From NCBI RefSeq assembly GCF_006345805.1, contig NC_043010.1, forward strand, positions 66,774,001 to 66,838,000: a DNA stretch of 64,000 nucleotides, written 5' to 3'. The DNA comes from Octopus sinensis. Lineage: Eukaryota. The notes beneath the pieces were generated by a model, which was given only the letters and a program-made list of their open reading frames with translations, ran no database searches and had not been told where the DNA came from. The position numbers were made by a program, and so were the translations under genes. Shown piece after piece: positions 13,628 through 26,900 of the stretch. The first letter of the stretch is position 1. Each line of letters starts with the position of its first letter.

Positions 13628-16388
13628 CTAAACAGTGAGCTGACCTAAGAGGCAATGGAAACTGCTGAAACTGATGTCAGTCTTAAGAATTCTCAGTTGG
13701 CACTTTTCAGACAATTATGGTTCTGTTAGTGTATATGTTTTCATTCATTGCATTAACTACAGCATTAGAGCAATTTAGCTCTTATTTCTAGCAACGTAGG
13801 TGTTTCTTAACACCTTAGTCACAATTCTCTTTTTTGGTGAAACATTGCAGCCTGCTGTTTACATTAATTTTGTATATAACATTTTCATTATGCCCACAGG
13901 CATATGGCATAGTGGTTAAGAGCGCAGGCTACTAGCCCCAAGATTCCGAGCTTGATTCCAGGCAGTGACCTGAATAATAATAACATCGAAAAATACCTTA
14001 GGAATGAGAACTCTGGTTCGAAATTTCCTCAAGACACCTGATGAAGGCTGGAGGGTATATCAGCCGAAATGTTGTGTTAACAACAAATAAGATGAAGACA
14101 AATATCCGTCAATTGTAAACATTTTCATTGTGTTAACATTCACTTTTCCATGATGGCCAATTTGAGCATAAAACCTGTAGAATATTTGGGCCACATATGG
14201 TTGCTTTAAGGGGTGTAATATAGCTAGCTATTGGACATAGTTCACTAAGAGGTTCAGTTCCTGTTGCAGTGTGGTAGCTTGTATGTCTCAATGGCCCTGA
14301 GAGCTAGGTCAGTCGAGTGCAAGCTCCTGGTATAGTTTCCCTTGCTGGAAAGGTCAAAGGATAGAGACCAGGCTAAAACAGATTAACACCTCCCAGAGGT
14401 ATATAGTAGTTTTGTGCAGCCAGATGCCCTTGCTGTTGCCGACCCTCATTTGTCTCCAAGCAAGGTAATATTTCCTCATGCCCAGACACGTTTTTCACGG
14501 AAGACTTAATATCACTTGTTTACAAACATTACACAATATGTAGCTAGACAAGGGTACACACCAATGCACATACATATATGAAACTTTCTGTCTACCAAAT
14601 TCACCCACAAGGCTTTAGTCAACCTGGGACTATAGGAGAAGTCACTTTCCTAAGGTGCCTAACAGTGGGACTGAACCCAAGACCACATGGTTGGGAAGCA
14701 AGCTTCTTAACCACCCAGCCATGGAATGAAGTAACCATATAGTAACTGGGTCCATGATCAGGTTTCAATACCAATTTGAAGTTGTTTCAGGCTGCTTATG
14801 TTACCAATGGTCTTGTCAAAGGTGATACAACACAGACACTCCAACATTAGATTTAGTTCACCCCAAAATACAAGGACCACAATCAGCAACATAGCCTTGC
14901 CCAATATTAAACCTCCGGTTACCAACCTGCTTTCAAACTGCTCTTAGTTGTATGCTAACCAGCTCAAAGCTCACCAGTAAATCTCTGATAGATTTATCAA
15001 AGAACCCTTATTAGGATGTGTTCCCATCACAACATTTTAAGATATTAATGTAATTAATATATTAAAACACACCAAAGTTCTGGTTGGTTTACAAAATCTG
15101 TCTAATTTCAGTGTTATTTTAAAATTTAATTGGAATGCTTAGTACACAAAGAAGGTGAGTCTTTGTTAAAAAATATAACAGAAAATCAAAAAGCTGATGA
15201 TCTAAGAAGAGAGGAAATAAAACCAAATGAGAAACACTTACTCCTTTTGAGGATAAAGCTGAGGTGGAGAGAGAAGTGACCAGCAATTCCTTGATGGGGG
15301 TCAATTCTTGATTCACAAACTGCACAGAAGCTTCGGAAGGGTTTCCAAAGATCTCCTCCAAGAGACGATAGCATTTCTTCTGGAGGCTATGATAGGAGGA
15401 CTGAAAAAAATGAAATACACACACAAAATGAATATAACACACACATAAATAAATATATAAACAGATGCACTATGTTAATAATATATATACACATGCACAC
15501 ATGTGCATTATGTTTATTACACACACATATAATATATACATACACTGCTTATTATATATACACAATAAATCTTTAGTTAAATATATTCTATGAGAATATT
15601 ATATACATCACCGGATACCTAGACCCGGCCATCCTCAAAAAATCTGGGAAAACCAGACTTTCGGCTGATTGGGTCCAAAGGGTCAAAACAGCTTTTGACC
15701 CCTCCCAATCAGCCGCAGGCAACATTTTTACATTGAGCAGCTTGGTACTGCTACCACCCAGACCCTGGCGGATAGAGTCCTCTATCCACTCGAGTTCAAT
15801 TCCGGGTGGCAAACCGCAGACCCAAGCCCTCGTCAACTTCTTTCCACAATAAGTGGGGAGGAACATAATTTCATTGCCCTCCAGGGGCCGGCTTGCAAAT
15901 TCACAAGCTTCTTGGAGGGAGTCAAATAGCAACCAGACCGTTGCATATTTGACTCCGCGTGAAATAAATTTAATGGCTGGCGTGTATTCTGCCAGCTCTT
16001 TCAGAATTGTGGCTTTCAGGAAGACGGTTATGGTATCGAGCGACTTTGAATAAATCCTCAATACCACCGTCTTCCTTTCGAACTCTTTGAGCCATGTCTT
16101 GGGAGGTGTCAATCCCCACACTAATAATTCGTTTGCCATTTCAACACAAAGTCCAAATAAAGTTCACAACAGATTTTAAAATAAAGAAAGATACACAAAA
16201 AAGAAAGAAAGACTCAATAGAAGGGAAGAAAAAATAAAAATAACAGTTCAATAAAGTTTTTGTTTTAAACTAAGATAGATATGAAGAAGAGTTCAAATGA
16301 TGGCAATGGTTTCATAGATATTTCAAAATTATGATGCTAGGTGTTTCCATTATTTTGTCCAACCCCTGTGTGTGTGTATGTATGTGTG

Positions 16389-16440
<52 letters not shown>

Positions 16441-19400
16441 CACACACACACAGGGGTTGGACAAAATATATATATATATACAAATTCATTAATAAGGCAT
16501 TGGTTTGACCAGTGTTATAGTAGAAGGAACTTGCCCAAGAAGCCAAGTGCCCTGCAATGGGAATGAACCTATTATCCCTAATTTAGTCTCAGATACATTG
16601 AATGAATCTGGTTAAAAAAAACAGAACAGGACAGAAAAGGCTGATCCAAACTGGAACACCTTGATCATAGCAGCTGTGCTTGATCAAAGCTGACCTGGGG
16701 CTAAATAACAACAACTGTGACAAATCTGCTCACCTTTAAGTTTGATGATGCCAACTGGAAGAGAGACTTCACCTGGTCATTGTTTGCTGATGATGCCATT
16801 AAGATGCAGAGATCAAGCAGGATACACCTGAAGGGACAAAACGAAAAAAAAAAAAAGTCTCAAATAGGTTGACACTTTCAAAAGCAATGAAGGATTCATT
16901 GTCATCATTTTTTAAAAATTAAAAATACCATGTTACATATATTTTATTTTTTATGTTTGGGATGGACTCGACTAGTTTGTGTGTTTTACATACATTTTTC
17001 AATGGTAGCATGGGTTAGATCAGTGGTTCTCAATCATTTTTTATGTATGGACCCCTTTGATTACTATCCTATACTGGTGCCCCCCCCCCCATAGCTATTC
17101 AATGTTTAAAAAACTAGTCATAGATACTTCTTTCGAAATTACCATTTAGGTTTTCACACATTCATTTGCATACATTAGCAAGAAGCACGTTGAACTATGT
17201 TAACCCTTTCGTTATCAACCCGGCTGAAACCAGTTCTGGCTCTGAGTACAAATGTCTTGTTTTCATAAGTTTTGAATTAAAATCTTCCACCAAATCTTAG
17301 TCACAAGTTATGTTCCTAACACGAGCTGAATGATAACTAAGTTACTTTACTAAATTCTTTATTATATTTAAAGTAATTGAAAGAAACGCAGAGCATCTCA
17401 ACAGAAATATGGTAACAAAAGGGTTAAAATATATAATAGAGAAATAATTCTTAACCCTTTTGATACCAACCTGGCTGAAACCGGATCTGGCTCTCAGTAC
17501 AAATGTCTTGTTTTCATAAGTTTTGAATTAAAATCTTCCACCAAACCTTAGTCACAATTTATGTTCCTAACACTAGCTGAATGATAACCAAGTTATTTTA
17601 CTAAATTCTTTGTATTTAAACAGACACATGGTAACAAAAGGGTTAATCATTAGAGAAAGAGACCCAGCTGTTTCTTGCAATAAATCCATCTAAAATAAAA
17701 CACTGTTGATCCCCAAATTACTATTTTGTTTGACAAGACCCCCCCCCGCTTCCATCAATTTTATATGGAGTCCCAGGGGCTCCACATGGATCCTGGTTGA
17801 GAACCCCTGGATTAGATGAATACATATTGTTCAGGCATTGCTTTGCAGCCGTATACCCATCATCATTTAACATCCACTGGCGCCCGTGCCGGTGGCACGT
17901 AAAAAGCACCATCCGATCGTGGCCGTTTGCCAGCCCTGTCTGGCACCTGTGCAGGTGGCACGTAAAAAGCACCATCCGATCGTGGCCGTTTGCCAGCCTC
18001 GTCTGGCACCTGTGCAGGTGGCACGTAAAAAGCACCATCCGATCGTGGCCGTTTGCCAGCCTCGTCTGGCACCTGTGCAGGTGGCATGTAAAAAGCACCA
18101 TCCGATCGTGGCCGTTTGCCAGCCTCGTCTGGCCCCTGTGCTGGTGGCACGTAAAAAGCACCATCCGATCGTGGCCGTTTGCCAGCCTCGTCTGGCACCT
18201 GTGCAGGTGGCACGTAAAAAGCACCATCCGATCGTGGCCGTTTGCCAGCCCTGTCTGGCGGCATGTAAAAAGCACCATCCGATCGTGGCCGTTTGCCAGC
18301 CTCGTCTGGCACCTGTGCAGGTGGCACGTAAAAAGCACCCACTACACTCTCGGAGTGGTTGGCGTTAGGAAGGGCATCCAGCTGTAGAAACACTGCCAGA
18401 TTTGACTGGGCCTGATGAAGCCTTCTGGCTTCCCAGACCCCAGTTGAACCGTCCAACCCATGCTAGCATGGAAAGCGGATGTTAAACAATGATGATGATG
18501 ATGATTTTCCATGGGCCAGAAGGAATTTGTTGAGGCAGATTCCCTACGACTGGATGCCCTTCCTGTCACCAACCTTCACCCGTTTCCAAACAAAGTTATA
18601 TTCCCTGTGGCCGGACATATTTACCACGGAAGATTGTAAACAAACTCCCTTGTACGATGATGACAATGGCCATGTTATAATCATCACAAGATGTCTAGTC
18701 AAGGGTACACACAAAACATGCACACACATACACAACAGGCTTCTTTCAGTTTCCACATACCAAATCCACTTACAAGGATTTGGTTGGTCCAGGGCTAGAG
18801 TAGAATACACATGTCTAAGACTGAACCCAAGACTAAATGGTTAGGAAGCAAGGTTCATAACCACACAGCCATGCCTGCATCTTGTTGTTGCTAATCCTTA
18901 CCCACTTCTCAAGTGATGGAGATTTCATTCCAGTTGTGTCTGAAATCAAAGAGCTACCAGACAATTGGTTGACGAGGGAAATATAAAGAAACAAACTGCC
19001 CATAGCTCAGGGATTTTTCAAGCCAGCACAGAATGAAAACATTCACACAAACATATACACACAGCGGCGAGCTGGCAGAAACGTTAGCGCACCAGGCGAA
19101 ATGCTTAGCAGTATTTCGTCTGCTGTTAAACGCTGAGTTCAAATTCCGCCGAGGTCGACTTTGCCTTTCATCCTTTCGGGGTCGATAAATAAAGTACCAG
19201 TTATGCACTGGGGTTGATGCAATCGACAATCTCTTTGTCTGTCCTTGTTTGTCCCCTCTATGTTTAGCTCCTTGTGGGCAATAAAGAAATGCATATACAT
19301 ACATATTCACACACACACACACACAGGATAAAATTTTTTCAGTTTGTGAGAAACTGAAGGAGAAAATAAAGCTACCTTTGGACATCATTTTTTTCTTCAA

Positions 19401-22400
19401 TCTGTTTCATGGATGTGTCGATATATTGTTGAAGAAGCTGTAAAAGAAATGGGAAATGATAAATTAAACAAAGTAATTCTGATAAAAGAAAAACAAAAAA
19501 CTGCAGAAACTCATGATGATGAATCTACATCATGATATATATATATATGTGTGTGTATATATATATATATTTGCATGTGTGTGTGTGTACCCTTTGTTGA
19601 CATTATGTGAAGGTTTTAAATGAACAGAGAGAGAGTTAGTTTAGATGAGATGCAGTTTGGTTTCGTGCCAGGGAAAAGTACCACTGATGCTATATTCCTG
19701 GTAAGGCAGCTGCAGGAGAAATACCTAGCCAAAGATAAGGCCCTGTACCTGGCTTTTGTTGACATGGAGAAAGCCTTCGACAGGGTCCCCCGATCCCTCA
19801 TATGGTGGTCAATGAGGAAACTAGGAATAGAAGAATGGTTAGTGAGAGCTGTGCAAGCCATGTACAGGGACGCTGCTAGTAAGGTGAGGGTTGGAAATGA
19901 GTGCAGTGAAGAATTCCGGGTAGAGGTAGGGGTCCACCAAGGCTCAGTCCTCAGCCCCCTCCTATTTATCATAGTCCTCCAGGCAATAACGGAGGAATTC
20001 AAGACAGGATGCCCCTGGGAGCTCCTCTATGCTGATGACCTTGCTCTAATTGCTGAGTCATTATCAGAACTGGAGAAGAAGTTTCAGGTGTGGAAGCATG
20101 GTTTAGAATCGAAGGGCCTTAGAGTCAACCTAGCTAAAATCAAAGTCGTAATAAGTAGGAAGGTAGACAAATCACAAACGCCTTCAGGTAGATGGCCCTG
20201 CTCGATCTGTAGAAAAGGTGTAGGTAGAAACTCTATAAGATGCACCAAGTGTAAGCTATGGACACATAAGAGGTGCAGCAATGTCATAGGAAGGCTAACT
20301 AGGAAGATGGTTTTTGTATGTGGCAGATGCTCGGGAGCATTAACCTCTGAAAATCTGCAGAAAACAACTTCCGTCACTTTCCAGGGGGAAAAACTAGAAG
20401 TAGTTGATAGCTTCCGTTATCTTGGTGACCAAGTCAGTAGTGGGGGTGGGTGTGCTGAAAGTGTAACGGCTAGAGTAAGAATAGCCTGGGCAAAGTTTAG
20501 GGAGCTCTTACCTCTGTTGGTGACTAAAGGCCTCTCGCTCAGAGTAAAAGGCAGACTGTATGATGCATGTGTACGAACAGCCATGCTACATGGCAGTGAA
20601 ACATGGGCCGTGACTGCTGAGGACATGCGTAAGCTCGTGAGAAATGAAGCTAGTATGCTCCGTTGGATGTGTAATGTCAGTGTTCATAGTCGACAGAGTG
20701 TAAGTACCTTGAGAGAAAAGTTGGACCTAAGAGGAATCAGATGTTGTGTGCAAGAGAGACGATTGCGCTGGTATGGTCATGTGGTGAGAATGGATGAAGA
20801 TAGGTGTGTGAAAAAGTGCCACACCCTGGCAGTTGAGGGGACCTGTGGAAGAGGTAGACCCAGGAAAACCTGGGTCGAGGTGGTGAAGCACGACCTTCGA
20901 ACTCTAGGTCTCACCAAGGAAATGACCAGAGACCGAGACCTATGGAAGTATGCTGTGCGTGAGAAGACCCGGCAAGACCAGTGAGAACAATCAAAATCAA
21001 ATCATATATCAGAAAGCAGGGGTTAAGTGACCCATCTGTTCGTGTCCGCTGTCAGCCTCGTCTGGCACCCGTGCCGGTGATACGTAAAAGCACCATTCGC
21101 TCATGGCCGTTTGCCAGCTCTGCCTGGCCCCGTGTCGGTGGCACATAAAAGCACCATCCGTTCGTGTTCGTTGCCAGCCTCGCCTGGCCCCGTGCCGGTG
21201 ACACGTAAAAGCACCGTCCGTTCGTGGCCGTTGGCCAGCTCTGTCTGGCCCCGTGTCGGTGGCACGTAAAAGCACCATCCGTTCGTGGCCGTTTGCCAGC
21301 TCTGTCTGGCCCCGTGTCGGTGGCACGTAAAAGCACCATCCGTCCGTGTCCGTTGCCAGCCTCGGCTGGCCCCCGTGCCGGTGACACGTAAAAGCACCGT
21401 CCGCTCATGGCCGTTTGCCAGCTCTGTCTGGCAACCGTGTCGGTGGCACGTAAAAGCACCATCTGTTCGCGTCCGTTGCCAGCCTCGGCTGACCCCCGTG
21501 CCGGTGACACATAAAAGCACCATCCGTTCGTGGCCGTTTGCCAGCTCTGTCTGGCTTCGTGTCGGTGGCACGTAAAAGCACCATCCGTCCGTGTCCGTTG
21601 CCAGCCTCGGCTGGCCCCTGTGCCGGTGACACGTAAAAGCACCGTCCGCTCGTGGCCGTTTGCCAGCTCTGTCTAACTGTGTCGGTGGCACGTAAAAGCA
21701 CCATCCGTTCGCGTCCGTTGCCAGCCTTGGCTGGCCCCTGTGCCGGTGACACGTAAAAGCACCGTCCGTTCGTGGCCGGTTGCCAGCTCTGTCTGGCCCC
21801 GTGTCGGTGGCACGTAAAAGCACCATCCGTTCGTGTCCGTTGCCAGCATCGCCTGGCCCCGTGCCGGTGACACGTAAAAGCACCATCCGTTCGTGGCCGT
21901 TCGCCAGCTCTGTCTGGCACCTGTGCAGGTGGCACGTAAAAAACACCCACTACACTCGCGGAGTGGTTGGCGTTAGGAAGGGCATCCAGCCGTAGAAACA
22001 CTGCCAGATCTGACTGGGCCTGACGAAGCCTTCCAGCTTCACAGACCCCAGTTGACCCGTCCAACCCATGCTAGCATGGAAAACGGACGCTAAACGATGA
22101 TGATGATGATGATGATGATGATCCCCATCATACAAGTGATGTTGCTTGTTTCTAGTCTTCTGTGAAAACATGGGGGAAAGGTTATTTTGCTTGAGAACAG
22201 GTGTAGGTTGGTGACAGGAAGAGCATCAAGATGTTGCAGATCCGTTTCAACAAATTGTGTCTGACCCTCCGACCCATGTGGGGGGCATGTGAAAGTGGAT
22301 GTTAAATGATGACAAAGCGAAATCGGCTTCATAACAAGCCCCATTAAAAGATCAAACCTACCTGAGTTGGGGTAATCCGAATGTAGGCTCTGGCGGTCTC

Positions 22401-23960
22401 AAAGATGGTCAAACGCAATGGGTCTTTGCTATCGTCGGCAGAGAACTGGGTGTAGAGATTAAACAAGATGGGGAGGAAGTTCTTGGCAAAGTGAGCCAGT
22501 TCATTACGGTTTTCCTCTGGAAACAAGAATGCATTGAATATAAATTATGTAAATTGAGAGAGAGAGAGAGAGAAAGAAAGAACTAATTGTAGGGATGGAA
22601 GTGTGGTAAAGAACCTTGCTTTGCAACCGCATGGTCTCAGGTTCAGTTCCACTGTGTGGCACCTTAGGGATCTTCAGCTAAAGCCAATGTTTTGTGAGCG
22701 AATTTGGTAGATGGAAACTGTGGGTGATTTTATTTGTCCCCAACTCCCCATTTGACAACTGGTGTTGGTTTGTTTATGCCCCTGTAATTTAGCAGTTCGG
22801 CAATAGTCTGAGAGAATAAGCACCTGACTTAAGTAGTGGGGTTAATTTTTTTCGACGAAACCCCACCAAGGTGGCACTCCAGCCACTGACTGAAGCAATA
22901 TAAAATATAAAAGACAACATCTACTTACCGTTCTCAAGGTTGGTGTAGATCAGCTTACGCAAGGAAGAGAGTACAGGTGTCCGCAGTTGAGGCCTATCGT
23001 TTACAACACTGCCAAGAGAACGGGCAATATTTCTAAAGGACTGAAACAACAGAAAAAAAATTGATGGCCATAAATGGAGGGACACGTAACAGGCTTTACA
23101 GAACATTCTATTTACCGACAACCAAAATAACTGAAGACAAAAAGAAGAGAGGGGGGGGGTGATGATGGGGTGAAAACTTATAATCATCACCATCCTCATC
23201 GTCATCATTTAACGTCCGCTTTCCATGCTGGAATGGGCTGGACGGTTTGACTGGTGAGCCAGAAGGCTGCACCAGGCTCCAATCTTGATCTGGCAGAGTT
23301 TCTACAGCTGGATGCCCTTCCTAATGCCAACCACTCCGAGAGTGTAGTGGGTGCTTTTACGTGTCACCGACATGAGGGCCAGTCAGGTGGTTCTGGCAAT
23401 GAACTTGCACAAAAGGTGTTTTTTACACGCTACCTGCACGGGAGCCAGTCCGTCAGCACTGGCAATAACCACGTTCGAATGGTGTTTTTCAGGTGCTTGG
23501 AAAAAGTTCAGAGCAGTGTTTCTTGATCCTTTTTCACCTCGGGACCTCATAGGTTCCTATTTTCACTCTACTAGACCCCATAACCATTTAATGTTGACCC
23601 CGCCCCTCCGCCCACCAAGGGTCATATGGACCCTGATTAGGAACCACTGGTTTAGGGAGTTGTAAGCTCTGTTGGAAATACGACTCAATTTACTAGAAAC
23701 AACAGCCAAATTTCCTTCAAATTACACTCAACCAGTTTGAAAAGAGAGGGAGTTGTTGAATAATGCAGTCCAAAATATGTTGAGGAAAAGAATGAGATAG
23801 GGAAGGAATTTCAAAATTTACTGCCTTAATTTTCCTCTCACACTGTCTCTGGTGAAGGGTTATAATTAATTAATATCCTAGAAACAGCTGTAAGACCTAT
23901 CTATAAATGCTCTAATATCTATACAGCCTGGGTTTTTTTTTATCTTATTACGCAAAAAAT

Positions 23961-23998
<38 letters not shown>

Positions 23999-26900
23999 TA
24001 AATTAGAGATAAAACCACTATCAGGCAAATCAAACAGTGAAAAACATAAAGCAAAACATAGAAATAAAATTAATTAATATAATACATACAAAATATATAA
24101 AATATAAAATTCAAAATTTAAATTATTTAAATTCAAAGTTAAAAATTTAAAATGATTAATTTATAAATTTATATACATATATATATATACATACATATAT
24201 TTTTATTTATTTATTATTTAAAAAAAAATTTATTTATTAAATATATATAACTATTAAAAAGTTTAATATAAGATACACACACATATATATATATAAGGAG
24301 AGGAAAAGATTCTTACCGTTTTTAAGTCTGTAGGGTTGTTGCAGAAACTGGGCAGTAGACTCCAGAACTGTACCACAAGAGTGCCATATGTCTTAGCAGC
24401 TACAGTATTTCCTTCAGCTTCATATTGGATACCTGGAACAAACCAATAACTAATTGTATTCTCCAACCAAAAAAGCTTGACGATGTTGTCACTATAAAGT
24501 TAAAAAACAGTAAGCAGTAACTTTTATAAGTCTCAGAAAGTTATGACGAGATTGAGCAGTTAGTAACCTTTTGCAACCATAGTTCTAGGTACAGGAATGG
24601 CTACATAGTTGGAAAGCTTGCTTCTGAGCCAAGTGTCTTCAACTATGGCCCCAGGTTGACCAAAGCCTTGTGAGTGAATTTGGTAGATGGAAACTGAAAG
24701 AAGCCCATCATGTTTGTGTATATACACACTTGTGATGATGTGATGATTATAAATAAACATCAACATCATAGAAGGGTGTGTTGAAAAGATCCTGTCTTTG
24801 GGTAAAAGAAATACAGGAGGATCAGATAATTATGATCTTATTCAACACATTCCCCTCTCAGATCCATAAACCTATCACAGCAGTCCTTTAGCTTTTTGAA
24901 GACCTGTAAAAGAACTTGAACGATTGGGCTTCCAACTAGGACTTTCGTGATACCCTTAAAGCAAGGAACTTTTCAGCACCCCCTCATACATATCATGTTC
25001 TTCATTTCCAGTCTTCCATAGCAAGAGGAAAAAAAAAAAAGGATGGATTGGTAACAGGAAGAGTATCGGGCCATAGAAAAATCTGCCTCAGCAAACTGTG
25101 TTTGATCTAAACAAGCATGATAGAGAAGATGTTGAATGATGAAGATGAAAAACAATTGTTTTGTTTCAGCTAATTATGAAAATAAGTATTTAGTAAAATA
25201 ACTGTCATTAAGCTGGTGCTTCACATATAAACCAACAGAAAATTTTGATTTTCAAACAGGAAGCATGCATCACAGAAGCAGGGAGGGTCTTAGAAGACCC
25301 GGTTTCAGGAGAGATGGTCTCATAAAGGTTAACCCTTTCGTTACCAAACCACCCAAAGCCGCCCGAAAAAAATTTTGGTTCATGTGACCAAGCCGCCCGT
25401 AATTACCTATTCATATTTAAATGAGAATATCAGAGCAAATCTCTTTAGTACATTCGTAAAAACACGTGATTATACTTCGTAAACAATTCATCTACAGTTT
25501 TGTACAACGATCAAAGTGTAATTTTAATTTCGTGAATTTTGGGAGATTTTTTTACCGAAATTTGTTCCTACAGTTAATACTGTAGAAGTTAAAGTTAATA
25601 ATCTCAGATTAAAGACTAAACTCATAACCAATCCCAGCTCTTTGTCATCCATCACTCTTTAGTCTCTCATTCAGTAATGTAACCCTTCAGTATTTGAACT
25701 GGCCACATCTGGCCGAAATATTTTATCTGTTTCATGTTGAAACTGGCCAGATCCAATCTCTCACACCTACTCATCGATGTTATTATAGAAATAAACAGTC
25801 ATTTCTTCAAAATATTGAAGTAACAAGATATGCCATGATTAGTTTTTTAAAATGTGGCTGAATAAATATATTTGATAAATTAATCTGAATGCTAAATGGT
25901 TAAATAGTTGATTTGTAACAACAACCATGAGACTAACTTTTATCCTGCAGTTTCTTTGAGAGCGGCATGAAGTATGTCCGGAAGAATTCCAGTTCCGTGT
26001 TTGAAATGTATTTCTTCAAAACTGGGACCAGCCAACTGCGTGGGAAATCGAGATCACGACTGTAAAGAAATAAACAACAAAGCATGAGTGAAGTGGTAGT
26101 AGCAATAGAGGTGGTGGTAGTGAATGGTAGAGGGCAGAGGTAGTAAGAGAGTGTGGAAGGAGTGTGAGAAGGGGCGGAGACGGAGTGTGAGAAAGGGCGG
26201 AGACGGAGTGTGAGAAAGGGCGGAGACGGAGTGTGAGAAAGGGCGGAGACGGAGTGTGAGAAAGAGAGAGTGGAGGTAGAGTCACTAGCATAGTTGTGTG
26301 GGGGTGGACACACTTTTGGGTCTGCAGCAGCAAATGGAAGGGCTGCCCCTGGGCGGCACACATCCTAGCAATGCTAATGGATAGAGTGTGAGAAAGAGTG
26401 GAGGTGGAGTGGGGAGACAGAACTAGAGAGGGAGAGAGAGAGTCAGTCAGAATGAAGATATAAAGGAGAGGCTGGAGAGAGGCAGATATAATGGCTGACT
26501 GTGGTAGAGAAAGAAATATGACAATATGGAGAAAGGCCAAGAGACAAAAACACGGTCACAGGAGAGAGAGAGAGAGAGAGAGAGAGAAAAATAAATTTGG
26601 TTTTTCAGAAGATACCATTTACAGAAGGCAAAGCATGAAGTACTTACCCATCACCTGTCACTTGTAGTGGTATGATCTCCAATACGTTCTTTGGACCCAT
26701 GTATTTGATAGCGCTGCCAATAGCCTGGTCTATTTCAGAATTGAACTTGAAGTCAGGGGAGTCACGCATGTTGGACAAAGAGCTAAGAGCCTGGCAACAT
26801 AAGAAAGTTAGATATACATGGTAGAGAGGCAGAGAGGAGAGCTGTAGTGTACGGTATAGGACAGTGTAGTATACCACTGAATGATAGTTATTTCTTTATT

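Noticed and set aside
17721-18456. Multiple 160-205 aa repetitive ORFs
   Set aside because: By-products of the GC-rich 63-bp array
21009-22064. Overlapping long ORFs; CRISPR-like appearance
   Set aside because: Contiguous tandem units without unique spacers, in a eukaryotic LINE UTR; not CRISPR and not coding
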